A stretch of DNA of 64,000 nucleotides from Carpediemonas membranifera BICM (taxonomy: Eukaryota; Protista; Fornicata): positions 186,001 to 250,000 of the forward strand of contig JAHDYR010000003.1 of the NCBI GenBank assembly GCA_019828565.1, given 5' to 3'. Below are positions 53,424 to 63,611 of this stretch, one piece after another. Within the stretch, counting starts at the first letter, position 1. Each line of letters begins with the position of its first letter. Under the pieces are notes generated by a model. The model made no database searches. It was not told the DNA's origin and saw nothing but the letters and a program-made list of their open reading frames with translations. The position numbers and the translations under genes are program-made.

Positions 53424-56400
53424 TTATCTCAGAATCAGCACCCGGTCGTCATTATATACAGGCATATCCACGGATGGCATGACCAACGTGACATACGGCT
53501 GGTAAGGCGTCGTCTTCGAAGCCGGGAGACGCCGATAAACTCCCAAAGCAGTCAGCCCAATCACCGAAAACTCTTTGAATACGTCACCGAAAGTCAACCC
53601 AGCAAGCGATGGTGGCAGCGTCACTGTCCTGAAGCGGTGCGCGGCTTCTTGCGTGTCCTTGTTGTCCTTGGTCAGGAAGAGGCGGGTAAGCAAGCTAATG
53701 GGGGCGTATGAGGCCTTGCTCGCGGCCAATGCGGCGATGGGCCACTCCGTCGCAAAGAAGGACGATCGCATAAAGAATCCAGAGAAGAAATATCTAGTCT
53801 CAATCTCCGAGGCGGTCAGCATCGCAACCTGGGTGTCATTGGATTCGACAGTAAGGTGCGGTTGGGCGATCAGACAGTGCTCCTTGATCCCACGGGCGAC
53901 CATCAGCCCCACCAGGATCGAGTCGGGCGATGAGGCTGACACCGACATCTGGGTGCACACAATGGCCTGGGCCTCGAGGTAGCGGCACCGTTCAAAGTCT
54001 ACCAGCCGCGGTTGAGGGCTACATGGCACGATCAACACTGGTCGGTCAGAGTATTGGAGCTGGAAGTCATGGTCGACCCGCTCGGGCGTCATAAATACAA
54101 TGAGGGGGTGTAGAGCTGGCGGAGCGTACTCAATGAAGGACACGAAGCGTGCGATACGGCCGTATAGCACAGTGTGGCCGCTCACGGTCTCCGGCACACG
54201 GCCGGTTATCCTGCATCCTTTGAACTCGTCAAATTTTGACTCAACCGGGTCATGACGACTCAGCTGGTAGTTCTTGGGCAGCAGGGTTATGTCTGAGTCC
54301 ATCAGGTGGGACTCGTAGACGTCGATGACTGGACCGGCTGGCTTGGCACTGGTGGGTGGTTCGGTGGCGTCGCTCGGATCAGACATCTCCGGGTATGCCT
54401 GCCCATGGCGGTGTTGTGACGGTGGTATGATCAGCCCGCTGCCCCGCTTCGACAGCCGACTTGAGGGGATCTGCAAGGAGATGTCATGGGTGTCAAGTAG
54501 TGCGGCAATGGCTGGGGGAACGTCTTCGCGCTTGTCTGTGGTCCTATGGGTCTCGACCTCCAGGCTGCCCTCCTCTATGGCGATAATATCTGGGAGGATG
54601 GGGTCGACTGCGATCGGCTCCTCTTCCTCTTCCTCTTCCTCTGACACTGGCAGGGCAAGCTCCCGGCTCATGACTGCGGGGTCAACCTCCTTGCTGTTTG
54701 ACCCGTGACTGCCAAGGTTGAATGAAAACGATCCAGCACTGATAAAGCTACTGCTCCTGCTCCTGTCAGAGGCGGGCTCTGACTCACTGTCGGCCAAGTC
54801 ATGGATTGCACGCACGTCTGAGGCGTCTCGGGCCAGGACGATGATGATCTCACCAGGAGAGACCACCGACCGTGGGGGCGGGTTCAAGAACGTGTCGAAT
54901 GTCGGCTGGGAAGATGGCGCGAGACCGCTGAGGACATCGACACCGATAACAACGACGCCGAGTGCTAGGAACAGTTCAGTGGCGAGTACTGAGAAGTACA
55001 CGTCCCCGATGCCGTGGGGGAGCTTGGTCCGGAAGAGGGAAAGGGCCTGGCCGTCCGCATAGTGCTGCAGCCACTCTGGGGCGGCGAGCTCATCGAGTAC
55101 AAGCTGGCCCTGGTCGCCGACCTTGATGTCTACGAGGAGTCCTGCGTGCTTGAGGTGGTCGGAAACGTTGGTCTGGGTCGCGTTCTGGCGGTCAGCGTTG
55201 AGCTTGGATATTGCGAGCTTCTGCTGATGAGTGAGTGGTTCTGTTTCATGCTCGGCCGCAGGAGTGTGTAAAGGGTGCAGCAGATTGATCAGCCCAGGCA
55301 CCGCGGACGCGGTTGCGAGTATAGAGTTGGACAAGTCGTGGAAGGGAATGAGTGTCACCTTCCGTCTCTGAGCAAACCTGTTCCTCCGCCTCGCCTGTCT
55401 TGGCGATGGGAGCACCTGCGCAGTCGCCACTGTTGTTTCAAATGCCCCGGGGTCTATTGCCCTCAGCTGCCGCGAGACCACCTGACACTCTTCTTCAGAG
55501 GGCACGAGAGCAAAGAACCGTGCCCTCGTCTCTGCCTTGGCTGCTGAGAGTAGGCAGCTGACAGTATCGGTGTCCGTTTCATAGTCAGCCCCGCAGTTGT
55601 TCAAGATGAATAGCTCGGAGCACCGTCTGACGTCGGCTCGGGTGAGGGCCCCTGAGTCGCATGGAGAGCCCTGGATAAAGACCAGCGTGGCCGTCTCGGG
55701 AAGCATGGCTGCGATGCTGGCCTCGACCGTGGCTGGCCATCGTGTGGGGACGATGACGACAACGCGGCGTCTCCTGTTCGTTCTCTGGGAAAAGAACGTG
55801 GCCAGGAAAGTGGTGAGGGTGTGTGCGGTGACGGTTCCGGCCACAATCACGTGTTTCTCCGTCGTCTTCTTCGTGAATACACCGTGCTCGCTCGTGGTAG
55901 TGGTTGCATGGTATATCCTGTTCGTCTGGACGGGGATGTAAAGAACAGTCAGGAGAACCATGCCCATGATGATAGTGCGGCCAACAGTGGAGTTAACCTG
56001 CACATCCCCGTAGCCAACAAGGGTGACAGAAGAGGCGACGAAGTAGACAGCGGCCGGGTATGAAAAGGCATACTCATCTTGGACTGCGAGCAGCTCCACC
56101 TCTACGAAGTACAGCAGGCCCGCGCACGTGACTGTGGCGACCAGCATGACTGTCAGTAATCTAATGAGCAGGACAGCTAGGATGTTGCTCTTGGGAAGGA
56201 GGTGGGAAAGAATGGCGAGGAGCTGGAAGACTCGCAGGAAGGCAAAACTTGGTATGGAGTCGTTGTATGCTCGCAGGAACGCCAGTAGCAGCGGTATTAT
56301 GGTCAGAATGGTGAGTGGATGGAGGAGGTATCGGATAATGCTTGGTGAAATCGTCATCGCAAGCACGTTGTCAACCAGGCAAACCGCAGCAACTGCGGCA

Positions 56401-56738
56401 GACGCCCATGTGATGAAGCGGTGAATATGGGCCATCGTGAGCGTCTTCTCGGCGAGTGAGGGGAAGACATCCAGCACCTTTGGGTACTTCGAGGCGATGA
56501 GTTCGGGTACATCACGGCTATCGGGCCCTTGGATCGCCATAGTGTCTGTAGCAAACAGTACAATGAATGTAGCGGTGAGAGCGATGCTTGTGAGCGCGTA
56601 CAGGGCTGGTACCCACGGATATGTCTGCATGAGCTCGAGCAGGACCTTGCGATGCCATATAAAGCTCAGAAACTCAGCGAAGGACAGGTGCTGCTCACCG
56701 TGGTCCTTCTCTGGGTCCAGCTCATCGATATCAGCCAT
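53424..56738 (-). CDS. BK/Slo-type potassium channel with RCK domains
   Basis: Several TM helices, S4-like FAFLRVFQL, pore TLVGYGD, RCK segment KHVIVAG..FIQGSP, and terminal TFGDVF..GVYR..DDRVLIL. Confidence 0.88.
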   Translation of the reverse strand: MADIDELDPEKDHGEQHLSFAEFLSFIWHRKVLLELMQTYPWVPALYALTSIALTATFIVLFATDTMAIQGPDSRDVPELIASKYPKVLDVFPSLAEKTLTMAHIHRFITWASAAVAAVCLVDNVLAMTISPSIIRYLLHPLTILTIIPLLLAFLRAYNDSIPSFAFLRVFQLLAILSHLLPKSNILAVLLIRLLTVMLVATVTCAGLLYFVEVELLAVQDEYAFSYPAAVYFVASSVTLVGYGDVQVNSTVGRTIIMGMVLLTVLYIPVQTNRIYHATTTTSEHGVFTKKTTEKHVIVAGTVTAHTLTTFLATFFSQRTNRRRRVVVIVPTRWPATVEASIAAMLPETATLVFIQGSPCDSGALTRADVRRCSELFILNNCGADYETDTDTVSCLLSAAKAETRARFFALVPSEEECQVVSRQLRAIDPGAFETTVATAQVLPSPRQARRRNRFAQRRKVTLIPFHDLSNSILATASAVPGLINLLHPLHTPAAEHETEPLTHQQKLAISKLNADRQNATQTNVSDHLKHAGLLVDIKVGDQGQLVLDELAAPEWLQHYADGQALSLFRTKLPHGIGDVYFSVLATELFLALGVVVIGVDVLSGLAPSSQPTFDTFLNPPPRSVVSPGEIIIVLARDASDVRAIHDLADSESEPASDRSRSSSFISAGSFSFNLGSHGSNSKEVDPAVMSRELALPVSEEEEEEEEPIAVDPILPDIIAIEEGSLEVETHRTTDKREDVPPAIAALLDTHDISLQIPSSRLSKRGSGLIIPPSQHRHGQAYPEMSDPSDATEPPTSAKPAGPVIDVYESHLMDSDITLLPKNYQLSRHDPVESKFDEFKGCRITGRVPETVSGHTVLYGRIARFVSFIEYAPPALHPLIVFMTPERVDHDFQLQYSDRPVLIVPCSPQPRLVDFERCRYLEAQAIVCTQMSVSASSPDSILVGLMVARGIKEHCLIAQPHLTVESNDTQVAMLTASEIETRYFFSGFFMRSSFFATEWPIAALAASKASYAPISLLTRLFLTKDNKDTQEAAHRFRTVTLPPSLAGLTFGDVFKEFSVIGLTALGVYRRLPASKTTPYQPYVTLVMPSVDMPVYNDDRVLILR

Positions 56739-56832
56739 AAGCCTCTCGTCGTCAATTTTTCCAACAAATCAACGAAATCAACGAAATATCTTCTCCGACC
56801 ACACTCATCGCCCAAACACTACTCTACACACT

Positions 56833-57873
56833 TTACCGCTTCAAGTTTCTCAAGAACATGCTCTGGTAGTACAGCAGTTGCTGGTCCATTGCTCTCACTT
56901 CCTCCTGCAGTTCATGCACCGCCCTCTTCACCTCAGACAGCGGCGTTGTGTCGGACATAAGGTCGCTCCTCTCATGGATCCGCATCTTAACGTCGTCTAG
57001 GGTGCTTGTCAGCTTGTTCAGGGCGGCCGTGATCTCGCCGACCTCCGAGTCGAGCACCTGGGCCTCCTCGGATACGTTGGTGAACCGCTTCTGGAGCTCT
57101 GCACAACGAGCTACCTCCTCTGTCAGCTGGGATGCCAGGAAGTGCTCTCTGATGGCGATATTACTGTCATTACCAGCCACAGTCTGCGCCAACCTCTCCA
57201 AGCCGTCCCCTACTGCTCGACCAGCGTCCGAGAGGTTCTTGGCGTTCGACATGATCGCATGGATGGACGTGCGCCAGTTTTTAGGGTCGAGGTACAGCGG
57301 TGTTCTCAATGCCGCGGCCAACCGCCTCTTGCCGACGATGCCATGCCACTCAGCCTCGGTGACGCGGTGCTGGTCCTCTTGGACGGCCGCCTCGTCAGTA
57401 ACCTCTTCTTCAATAAGGTCGTCAAGGTCATCGAGGTCGTCATCATCATCTTCAAGATCGTCGACGACATTAGCTTCACTGTCTTCCTCAATGGTGCATC
57501 CGGGGTCCACTGGCTCGTGTGAGTCGAGAAGGTGTGCTGCTATGGCCTGGATAACCCTCTCTGTCTCCTTCCCGGTGCCCTGCTCGACGGCGCTCGCCTG
57601 AACATTGAGAGCAATGCCATTGGAGCGCGCAGTGGAAATAATTGCTGCCGCCTGGGCTCCATCGGGGATGGATATGTTGCACGCACGAAGCATATCAACG
57701 CATAGGGCACAGAACTCGTTGTATCGTGGATCACTGAGGCTGTCTATATACAATTCGGCGTCGACGAAATAACCAGGGCGTTGCATGCATAATTTGTATT
57801 GCGATTTGCTGTAAGCTTCACTAAATGAGCTCGAAATTTGCATTACATCTTGCAGAAGTGTCCGTATATCCAT
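56833..57873 (-). CDS. IFT57: Intraflagellar transport protein 57-like
   Basis: GTGKE segment, acidic linker, KNWRTSI, IAIREHFLASQL, MSDTTPLSEVKRAVHELQEEVRAMD. Likely start MDIRTLL at 57873. Confidence 0.75.
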   Translation of the reverse strand: MDIRTLLQDVMQISSSFSEAYSKSQYKLCMQRPGYFVDAELYIDSLSDPRYNEFCALCVDMLRACNISIPDGAQAAAIISTARSNGIALNVQASAVEQGTGKETERVIQAIAAHLLDSHEPVDPGCTIEEDSEANVVDDLEDDDDDLDDLDDLIEEEVTDEAAVQEDQHRVTEAEWHGIVGKRRLAAALRTPLYLDPKNWRTSIHAIMSNAKNLSDAGRAVGDGLERLAQTVAGNDSNIAIREHFLASQLTEEVARCAELQKRFTNVSEEAQVLDSEVGEITAALNKLTSTLDDVKMRIHERSDLMSDTTPLSEVKRAVHELQEEVRAMDQQLLYYQSMFLRNLKR

Positions 57874-57955
57874 TCTGCGGCGCTCTCGAGTTTCTGTGCA
57901 TAAACTGCACAAAACGTAGAAGGGGTCTCGATACAACAAGAGTCCTACTTTACTG

Positions 57956-59683
57956 CTTGCACTGTGCACTCTATGATACTTCATTACCCCTTCCCGCTCT
58001 CCCTTCCTTCTTCTTGAGAGTGATATTTCGATAGTGTGTCATCATCGTCGGGGGTCATCAATCAGTGCTTCTCCAGTCCTCTCGCCATGCAACTAGCTTC
58101 CCACCTATCGTCTACCCCATCTTACTTCCATCCGCTCTCTTCTGCTTGTCGGATTTCGGGGTCTTGATCATGACGTCTTTGCAATCATCACCATGGCCTT
58201 CCATCGCACAGCGGGCTCTTCTATGCCGCTGCCTGAAGATAAAACAGTTCAGTTCTTCTAATTCTCGCCATTATCACTGCATAGTCTCGTTCATTAAACG
58301 TCTGTCGTCTTTGATGTGTGTTGTTAACAAGTGATCGGTTCATTCACCGCAAAACGCTCTGGGAGAGCTCACGGATATGGTTGCGGCATTCAACACCGCC
58401 CATCCACCTCTTCCGGGTGACAAGCCGCTGGCTGGCCCCAAGCTTGTTCCGCTTGTCCCGATGGCTCCGGTCCGCCCCGGGTTCATGTACGTTCCCTGTT
58501 CTCTCAACGTGCTGAGCCCGGCTTGGCTTGCCCAACTTGGGGTCGACCCAGAGCATCACGCCACTGAGCGCATGACGCGAGAGCAGCTAGAGGCTCTTCC
58601 TCCGAACATCCGTCGGGTGCTGTCTGTCAAGACAGATGGGGTCGCCGTGGACCTCACGGTCCAAGTTGGTGCTCTGCCATACGTCAACAGACGTGCCAGT
58701 GGCAACCCGACGATGAAGCGAAAGGCTCGGGAGCGTCTGGGTGTGGATGACGCAGATGCTCGCCCCGCGCCAGACCCCGATGCCCAGGTCATGGGTTTCG
58801 ACCCGGGTGCTCGGGCTCTGGGTGGATTCTTCATCCGCCACCCAGATGGCACCACCAGCTCCGGTGTGGTCCCGAAGTGTGGGTACACCAAGACCCCCAG
58901 CTTCGCGTTCGATATGACTCCTGCTTCATTCAAAAGTACAAATCTAGATAGTCTACAAAACTCGATTAGGTTTGTGCTCCTCCACGAGCAGGAAATATTC
59001 GACGCTGGGATGGTCAAGAGCTTCCGCAGAGTGCGCCTGACGAACCACATCTTGCGTCAAAAGCACTTCCACAGAGCTGGGGAGCAGCTTGCTCGCACCC
59101 TAGGATGGACTCCTCGGCGACTCCCTCGCGGTATTGCCCCTCCCCGGGCAGCCCCCACCAGGCTGGTTGTCTTCTACGGAAGCGCTAGATTCAAGACGCC
59201 CCGTCGGGTGCATCCATGCGCGCCGTATGGTCGCTTTGCTACCTTACTACCACACATCATGAGAGCTTTCAACATCACTGCTGAAGTGCGGATGACTGAC
59301 GAGTTCCGAACCTCACTCGTCTGCCCCCTCTGCCGCGCGAGGTTCCGTAGAACTCGCTACACGAGGCGCACGATGCGATGCCACAACCCGAATTGTCAAG
59401 GTGCTCCATGGTACAGACAGCAACGCCTCAATTCCAATCCTACATCCACTTGGCTCAATCTCTCCCACAGAGACAAGACTGCTGCACAGAACATCTTGGA
59501 TTGCGGCCTCATGACGGATGCACAGTATCAAGCCAGTGCTTTCAGAAATCCAAGACCTCCAGCCCGTCTTCCCAACTATAACCCCAATACACCAATTACG
59601 GCTAACCAGCCGCTAGTCTTCGCCTCCGGGCAAGCTAATTGAAGTGGAGAGACGACTTGCACTGTGCACTCTATGGTACTTCA
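57956..59683. mobile_element. Fanzor-carrying element bounded by a 28-bp direct repeat with LTR-like features
   Basis: CTTGCACTGTGCACTCTATG(A/G)TACTTCA at 57956-57983 and 59656-59683. A minus-strand purine tract at 57984-58013 abuts the left copy. No TSD was found. Confidence 0.65.
58377..59642 (+). CDS. Fanzor (eukaryotic TnpB-family RNA-guided RuvC nuclease), possibly N-terminally truncated
   Basis: SVKTDGVAV, RuvC-I MGFDPG, VVFYGSARF, RuvC-II TDEFRTSLVCPLC, zinc finger completed by CHNPNC, and RuvC-III HRDKTAAQNI. The D-E-D triad is intact. Confidence 0.9.
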   Translation: MVAAFNTAHPPLPGDKPLAGPKLVPLVPMAPVRPGFMYVPCSLNVLSPAWLAQLGVDPEHHATERMTREQLEALPPNIRRVLSVKTDGVAVDLTVQVGALPYVNRRASGNPTMKRKARERLGVDDADARPAPDPDAQVMGFDPGARALGGFFIRHPDGTTSSGVVPKCGYTKTPSFAFDMTPASFKSTNLDSLQNSIRFVLLHEQEIFDAGMVKSFRRVRLTNHILRQKHFHRAGEQLARTLGWTPRRLPRGIAPPRAAPTRLVVFYGSARFKTPRRVHPCAPYGRFATLLPHIMRAFNITAEVRMTDEFRTSLVCPLCRARFRRTRYTRRTMRCHNPNCQGAPWYRQQRLNSNPTSTWLNLSHRDKTAAQNILDCGLMTDAQYQASAFRNPRPPARLPNYNPNTPITANQPLVFASGQAN

Positions 59684-59703
59684 ATAGAAGGCGATATTCC
59701 AGG
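59612..59703 (+). ncRNA. Candidate Fanzor omega-RNA (scaffold to 59683, guide from 59684)
   Basis: A 72-nt block conserved in the 26.8-kb copy, with similarity ending sharply at ACTTCA. It has two potential stems: TAGTCTTCGCC..GGGCAAGCTA and TGAAGT..ACTTCA. Confidence 0.6.
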
Positions 59704-59707
59704 CTCT

Positions 59708-62700
59708 ATGCACGCGTTCCTGGCCAAAAAGATCGCTATGCCTAATGGGCACCTCACATCAGTGGATTGGTGCAAATCAGGCCATCTCGCAGTTGGCGGG
59801 CACGACCTTTTGCGTGTTTTGCTCCTTGACAACGTTGACAGCGGCCCGAAACTCATTATGAACCAGCAGCTGGACATACGAGGTGCCGTCATTAGCGATA
59901 TTCATTGGAATCACGATAAGATCGCGCTCACGAGTGCTGATGAAAATGGACAAATCTTCGTCTGGCAGCTCGACAACGCTGGCACAGGCTTCGAGATCTC
60001 CATGGAATCCAAGCGTGAGACCAAGGACGGCGTGGTCCCTATTGCCGGCATGGAGTGGACCGCGAACGGCGACCGGGTTGCCATTGCATATACCGACGGA
60101 AACGTCGTCATGGGAACTGCAGAGGGCGCCCGAACCATGTCCGCCCAGACCGGTATCTACCTCAAGGGCATCGCTATCAGCCCAGATACCAAGACAGTGC
60201 TCCTCGTCGACACGAGCGACAACATCCACATCATGGACGCCGTAGTCAAGCCCGTAGCCCGCCTCAACCTCCCCGCAGCCATCGGCCAGCCCACCTCCAG
60301 CATCGTAGCTGTCCGCTGGAACTCTCTGAAGCAGCTTCTAGTGGTCTGGGCGAGTGGCCGTCTCCAAATCAGCAGGGACCTCGCAGACTCGGATCCAGTC
60401 ATCGTAGACGCAGGACTGGCCGTAGTAGCGGCGGAATGGTCCCCCACGTGCGAGCTGTTCGCCCTGCTCGGTGTCCCAGAGTCTGGCTCTCATGCCTCCA
60501 TCTTGTTCTTTAACGGGGCAGGACAGCACCAACAGACGCTGAACATCGCTGTTGCCTCACCCAGCGACGCCACAGACCTCACATGGAGCGAGGATGGCAG
60601 GAGACTGGCCATATCGGTGGGGAAACATGTATACTTCGCCTACGTCCACCTCTCGATCGAACACGGTTACATGTCTGACGATGGAGTGCTCGTATACACG
60701 TACCAGCAACCAGGAAGAAAGGAGGACCTGCTGGCCTTCTGGACGCCAGAGACTGGGGATGTAACGGTGAAGGGAATCACCAGCTTGAGGAAGATCAAAT
60801 GCACATCCGACCACACCCTTGTCATGTGTGCCCTGGACGCTGATACAGAGAACGCAGTCGTGCTGTTCAACTCCCTAGGTGCCCCTATCGACACGCTGAA
60901 GCTCCCATGTAGCCCTGATTGTATGGCCGCGAGCTCGACGATATGCGCAGTCACGCTGGGGCAGGACGTCATCGTGTGGAAATACCGCGCCGACGCAGAC
61001 GCCGAGACCTCAGCCAAGCCCGTGATCCAGGAAGACCCCCGCGTCAGCATGTGGGCCATCTCCGACCCGGCGACAGTCCACACCGCCCTAGCCCCAGAAC
61101 ACGCCCACCCTGTTGGCTCAGACCCTATCGTAGCAGTGGCGCTCACTGACTCCGTGCTCGCAGTGGGGCAGAGGTCGGGTCACACTTCGCTCTACTCTCT
61201 CAGCAGTGACACTGGCACTCCCGGACTCATTGGGAGAGTGGCGCTCACTGGGACCAACAAGGGCGGGGCAACCACCCCAACCCGACCCAGTAGGTTTGAG
61301 ATCAACTGTAACGGCACCCTGCTCGCGTGCATCGACGCCAACTCTGTCTTGACCGTTTTCAAGATTAGACCCGCATCCGACCCAGTACTGACCCCCTTAT
61401 TAGCAGCCGACGGGACTCCATTCCAGCGACAGGATGCGTGGGACTTCCTCTGGTCTGATACTGATCCGGGTATGATGGCTGTATGCGAGAAGAACCGTCT
61501 CATCATCGTCCAGGATACCCAGCCGGAGGAGCCGCTCGAGAGCCCTGCTAGCCTATGCTCCTTGCGCGACATGGTTGCCACGGGGGTCGACCTGGATGCC
61601 GTCAAGGCCTTGCCAGATGACCCACCCCGCGACGCTGTGGTGAAGTTTGAGGCGAAGAGTCTGCGAGATATGCGAGGCATCATGGCCAACGGAAGCCTCG
61701 TAGACGTGTCAGATTTTGTCCAAAAGCACCCCCATCCCAAACTATGGGAGCTTCATGCCGAGCTCGCCCTCACGAAGCTCGACTTCACAGTGGCCAACAC
61801 GGCCTTCACAAGGGCTCGGTCATTTAACGGACTGCAGCTCGTACGGCACCTCAAGGACATCGCAGACACAGAGGTCCAGAAGGCAGAGGTCCTCGTCCAC
61901 CTCAAGCAGTTCGACGACGCCGAGGCCGCCTTTATAAGGGCAAACCGACCCGACCTTGCCATATCCATGCGGCGGAAGATGGGGGACTTCATTCGACTCA
62001 GATCTCTGCTCAAGACATCCAAGGTGGGCGACGGCGGCCTCGCTACGATTGCCGAGGCCCAGGTGGGCGACTACTACGAGGGCAGGGGCCAGTGGGCGCG
62101 GGCAGTGAAGCACTACGAGACGGCTGGGGACTACGGTCGCATGGCGGACATGCTGCTCCGGATGGAGATGTACGAGGATGCTGCGGCATTGATTGACATG
62201 CTAGAGGCGTCTAGTCCAGTTCTTACGAGGATCGGGCACGTCATGCTGTCTGTTGGTCTCATCGATGAGGCCGCCAGAGCTTTCTTGCGCCAGGGAAACA
62301 GATCCGTCGCCATCGATGCGTGTGTCACAATGAATAGATGGCCTAAGGCTGTAGAGATCGCCGGTAACGACCCAGCCCTTGTGGAGAAGGTCAGGGAGCC
62401 CCTCGTGTCATATTGCAGCACCTTGACCGCCAAGGGCAGGGTCATGGACGCTGCGAGCCTGCTCTCCCGCTGTGCTTTCCACACGGAGGCGCACAAGGCC
62501 CTGAACGAAGCTGGTACACGTCTGATCCGGCAGGATGTGCCTCGTGTGGCCGGGACAAAGCTCTCTGCCCCACCCCTGCTGGGTAGACTCGTGCTAGCCA
62601 AGCGGATCTTCGTCCAGGCCGCCATTGAAGCGATGCTTGCCCGTACAAGGGCGCTCCAGACGTCCACACGCGGCCTCAAGGACCAGGTCCAGGGTATGGA

Positions 62701-63241
62701 TCAATGGGCCCCTGCCTTTGGAGTCCACTTCCTGCTGCTGGCTCAGACCCTGATCACAAAGGGGCGGGACTACTACCACTTCGCCCTGATCGCAGCTGAG
62801 AGGGCCAGTCTGTATAGCCAGCTGACGGATGGTCTGGTAACCAAGTCGACGGAGGCCCTTGCTGCCCTGTTGCTCGGAGACCAGGGGGCGGCCTCTGATT
62901 CAATGAGCGCGCTCGAGACTGCTGACCGTGCATCCGAGTCGCTCAGGACAGAGTACACGAAGCTCTCACTGCGGCTGTTCAGGTCGGGTGTCAAGGACAG
63001 GGAGCGGACTCCATGGACGTGCAAGCAGTGCAAAACTGTGCACAGCGAGCCGGCCGCCGCTTGTTCTCAGTGCGGCGCTGTCGTGCCTGTGTGCATGGCG
63101 TCGGCCCAGGTGATCGACGACAAGGCTCTGACGGATGTGTGTGGACGGTGCAGGCAGAGCACGATGCAGGGAATGGCGCCCAGGAACGCCAATGGCACTC
63201 CATACTGCGCACTGTGCCATGCAATGTTTATGAAACTATAA
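59708..63241 (+). CDS. IFT121: Intraflagellar transport protein 121 / WDR35
   Basis: MHAFLAKKIAMPNG start, WD40 repeats, DAWDFLWSDTDPGMMAVCEKNRL, KSLRD, HPHPKLWELHAELAL, and C-terminal zinc ribbons ending CALCH. Confidence 0.93.
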   Translation: MHAFLAKKIAMPNGHLTSVDWCKSGHLAVGGHDLLRVLLLDNVDSGPKLIMNQQLDIRGAVISDIHWNHDKIALTSADENGQIFVWQLDNAGTGFEISMESKRETKDGVVPIAGMEWTANGDRVAIAYTDGNVVMGTAEGARTMSAQTGIYLKGIAISPDTKTVLLVDTSDNIHIMDAVVKPVARLNLPAAIGQPTSSIVAVRWNSLKQLLVVWASGRLQISRDLADSDPVIVDAGLAVVAAEWSPTCELFALLGVPESGSHASILFFNGAGQHQQTLNIAVASPSDATDLTWSEDGRRLAISVGKHVYFAYVHLSIEHGYMSDDGVLVYTYQQPGRKEDLLAFWTPETGDVTVKGITSLRKIKCTSDHTLVMCALDADTENAVVLFNSLGAPIDTLKLPCSPDCMAASSTICAVTLGQDVIVWKYRADADAETSAKPVIQEDPRVSMWAISDPATVHTALAPEHAHPVGSDPIVAVALTDSVLAVGQRSGHTSLYSLSSDTGTPGLIGRVALTGTNKGGATTPTRPSRFEINCNGTLLACIDANSVLTVFKIRPASDPVLTPLLAADGTPFQRQDAWDFLWSDTDPGMMAVCEKNRLIIVQDTQPEEPLESPASLCSLRDMVATGVDLDAVKALPDDPPRDAVVKFEAKSLRDMRGIMANGSLVDVSDFVQKHPHPKLWELHAELALTKLDFTVANTAFTRARSFNGLQLVRHLKDIADTEVQKAEVLVHLKQFDDAEAAFIRANRPDLAISMRRKMGDFIRLRSLLKTSKVGDGGLATIAEAQVGDYYEGRGQWARAVKHYETAGDYGRMADMLLRMEMYEDAAALIDMLEASSPVLTRIGHVMLSVGLIDEAARAFLRQGNRSVAIDACVTMNRWPKAVEIAGNDPALVEKVREPLVSYCSTLTAKGRVMDAASLLSRCAFHTEAHKALNEAGTRLIRQDVPRVAGTKLSAPPLLGRLVLAKRIFVQAAIEAMLARTRALQTSTRGLKDQVQGMDQWAPAFGVHFLLLAQTLITKGRDYYHFALIAAERASLYSQLTDGLVTKSTEALAALLLGDQGAASDSMSALETADRASESLRTEYTKLSLRLFRSGVKDRERTPWTCKQCKTVHSEPAAACSQCGAVVPVCMASAQVIDDKALTDVCGRCRQSTMQGMAPRNANGTPYCALCHAMFMKL

Positions 63242-63611
63242 GGATGATGTAAATGACAGAGGTGCGTGTTGACGTGCTTTTTAAAGATCTGAGGCCTCTG
63301 AATCGGCACCTGGATTAATACACTGCCGATTTCAAGTTCTGTGAAGCCGCAGGTTAAGACCATGACAAATCTTTCCTCAAGCGCCTCTTTCGCCCGTTCA
63401 ATCCACACATCCCTACAGGGTCGGTGGGGGCTGGTGGTGCCTTGGACACGAGATATGAATGATTCAAAGATTGGTCAAATGATTTGGGTACATGGGTGTG
63501 GCGCCGTACACAATAAAACGGGGCTATCACCATCGTCATGGCGAATCAATCTGAATCTATTTTTGGATCGCGTCCCGCGTGTGCAGTTTTGCCCTCACAC
63601 AAACAAACAGT

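Noticed and set aside
57917-59691. TAGAAGG (57917-57923 and 59685-59691) as a TSD of the Fanzor element
   Set aside because: It is offset from the conserved ACTTCA end and about 30 bp from the left repeat, and a 7-bp match can be chance.
59639-59707. ORF-track N-terminal extensions of IFT121 (and of IFT57 to 57984)
   Set aside because: They read through Fanzor-element end sequence. Family-consistent starts are at 59708 and 57873.
27077-63241. Functional cluster of ciliary and basal-body genes
   Set aside because: Such genes are numerous in compact flagellate genomes and are interspersed here with unrelated genes, so enrichment cannot be shown.
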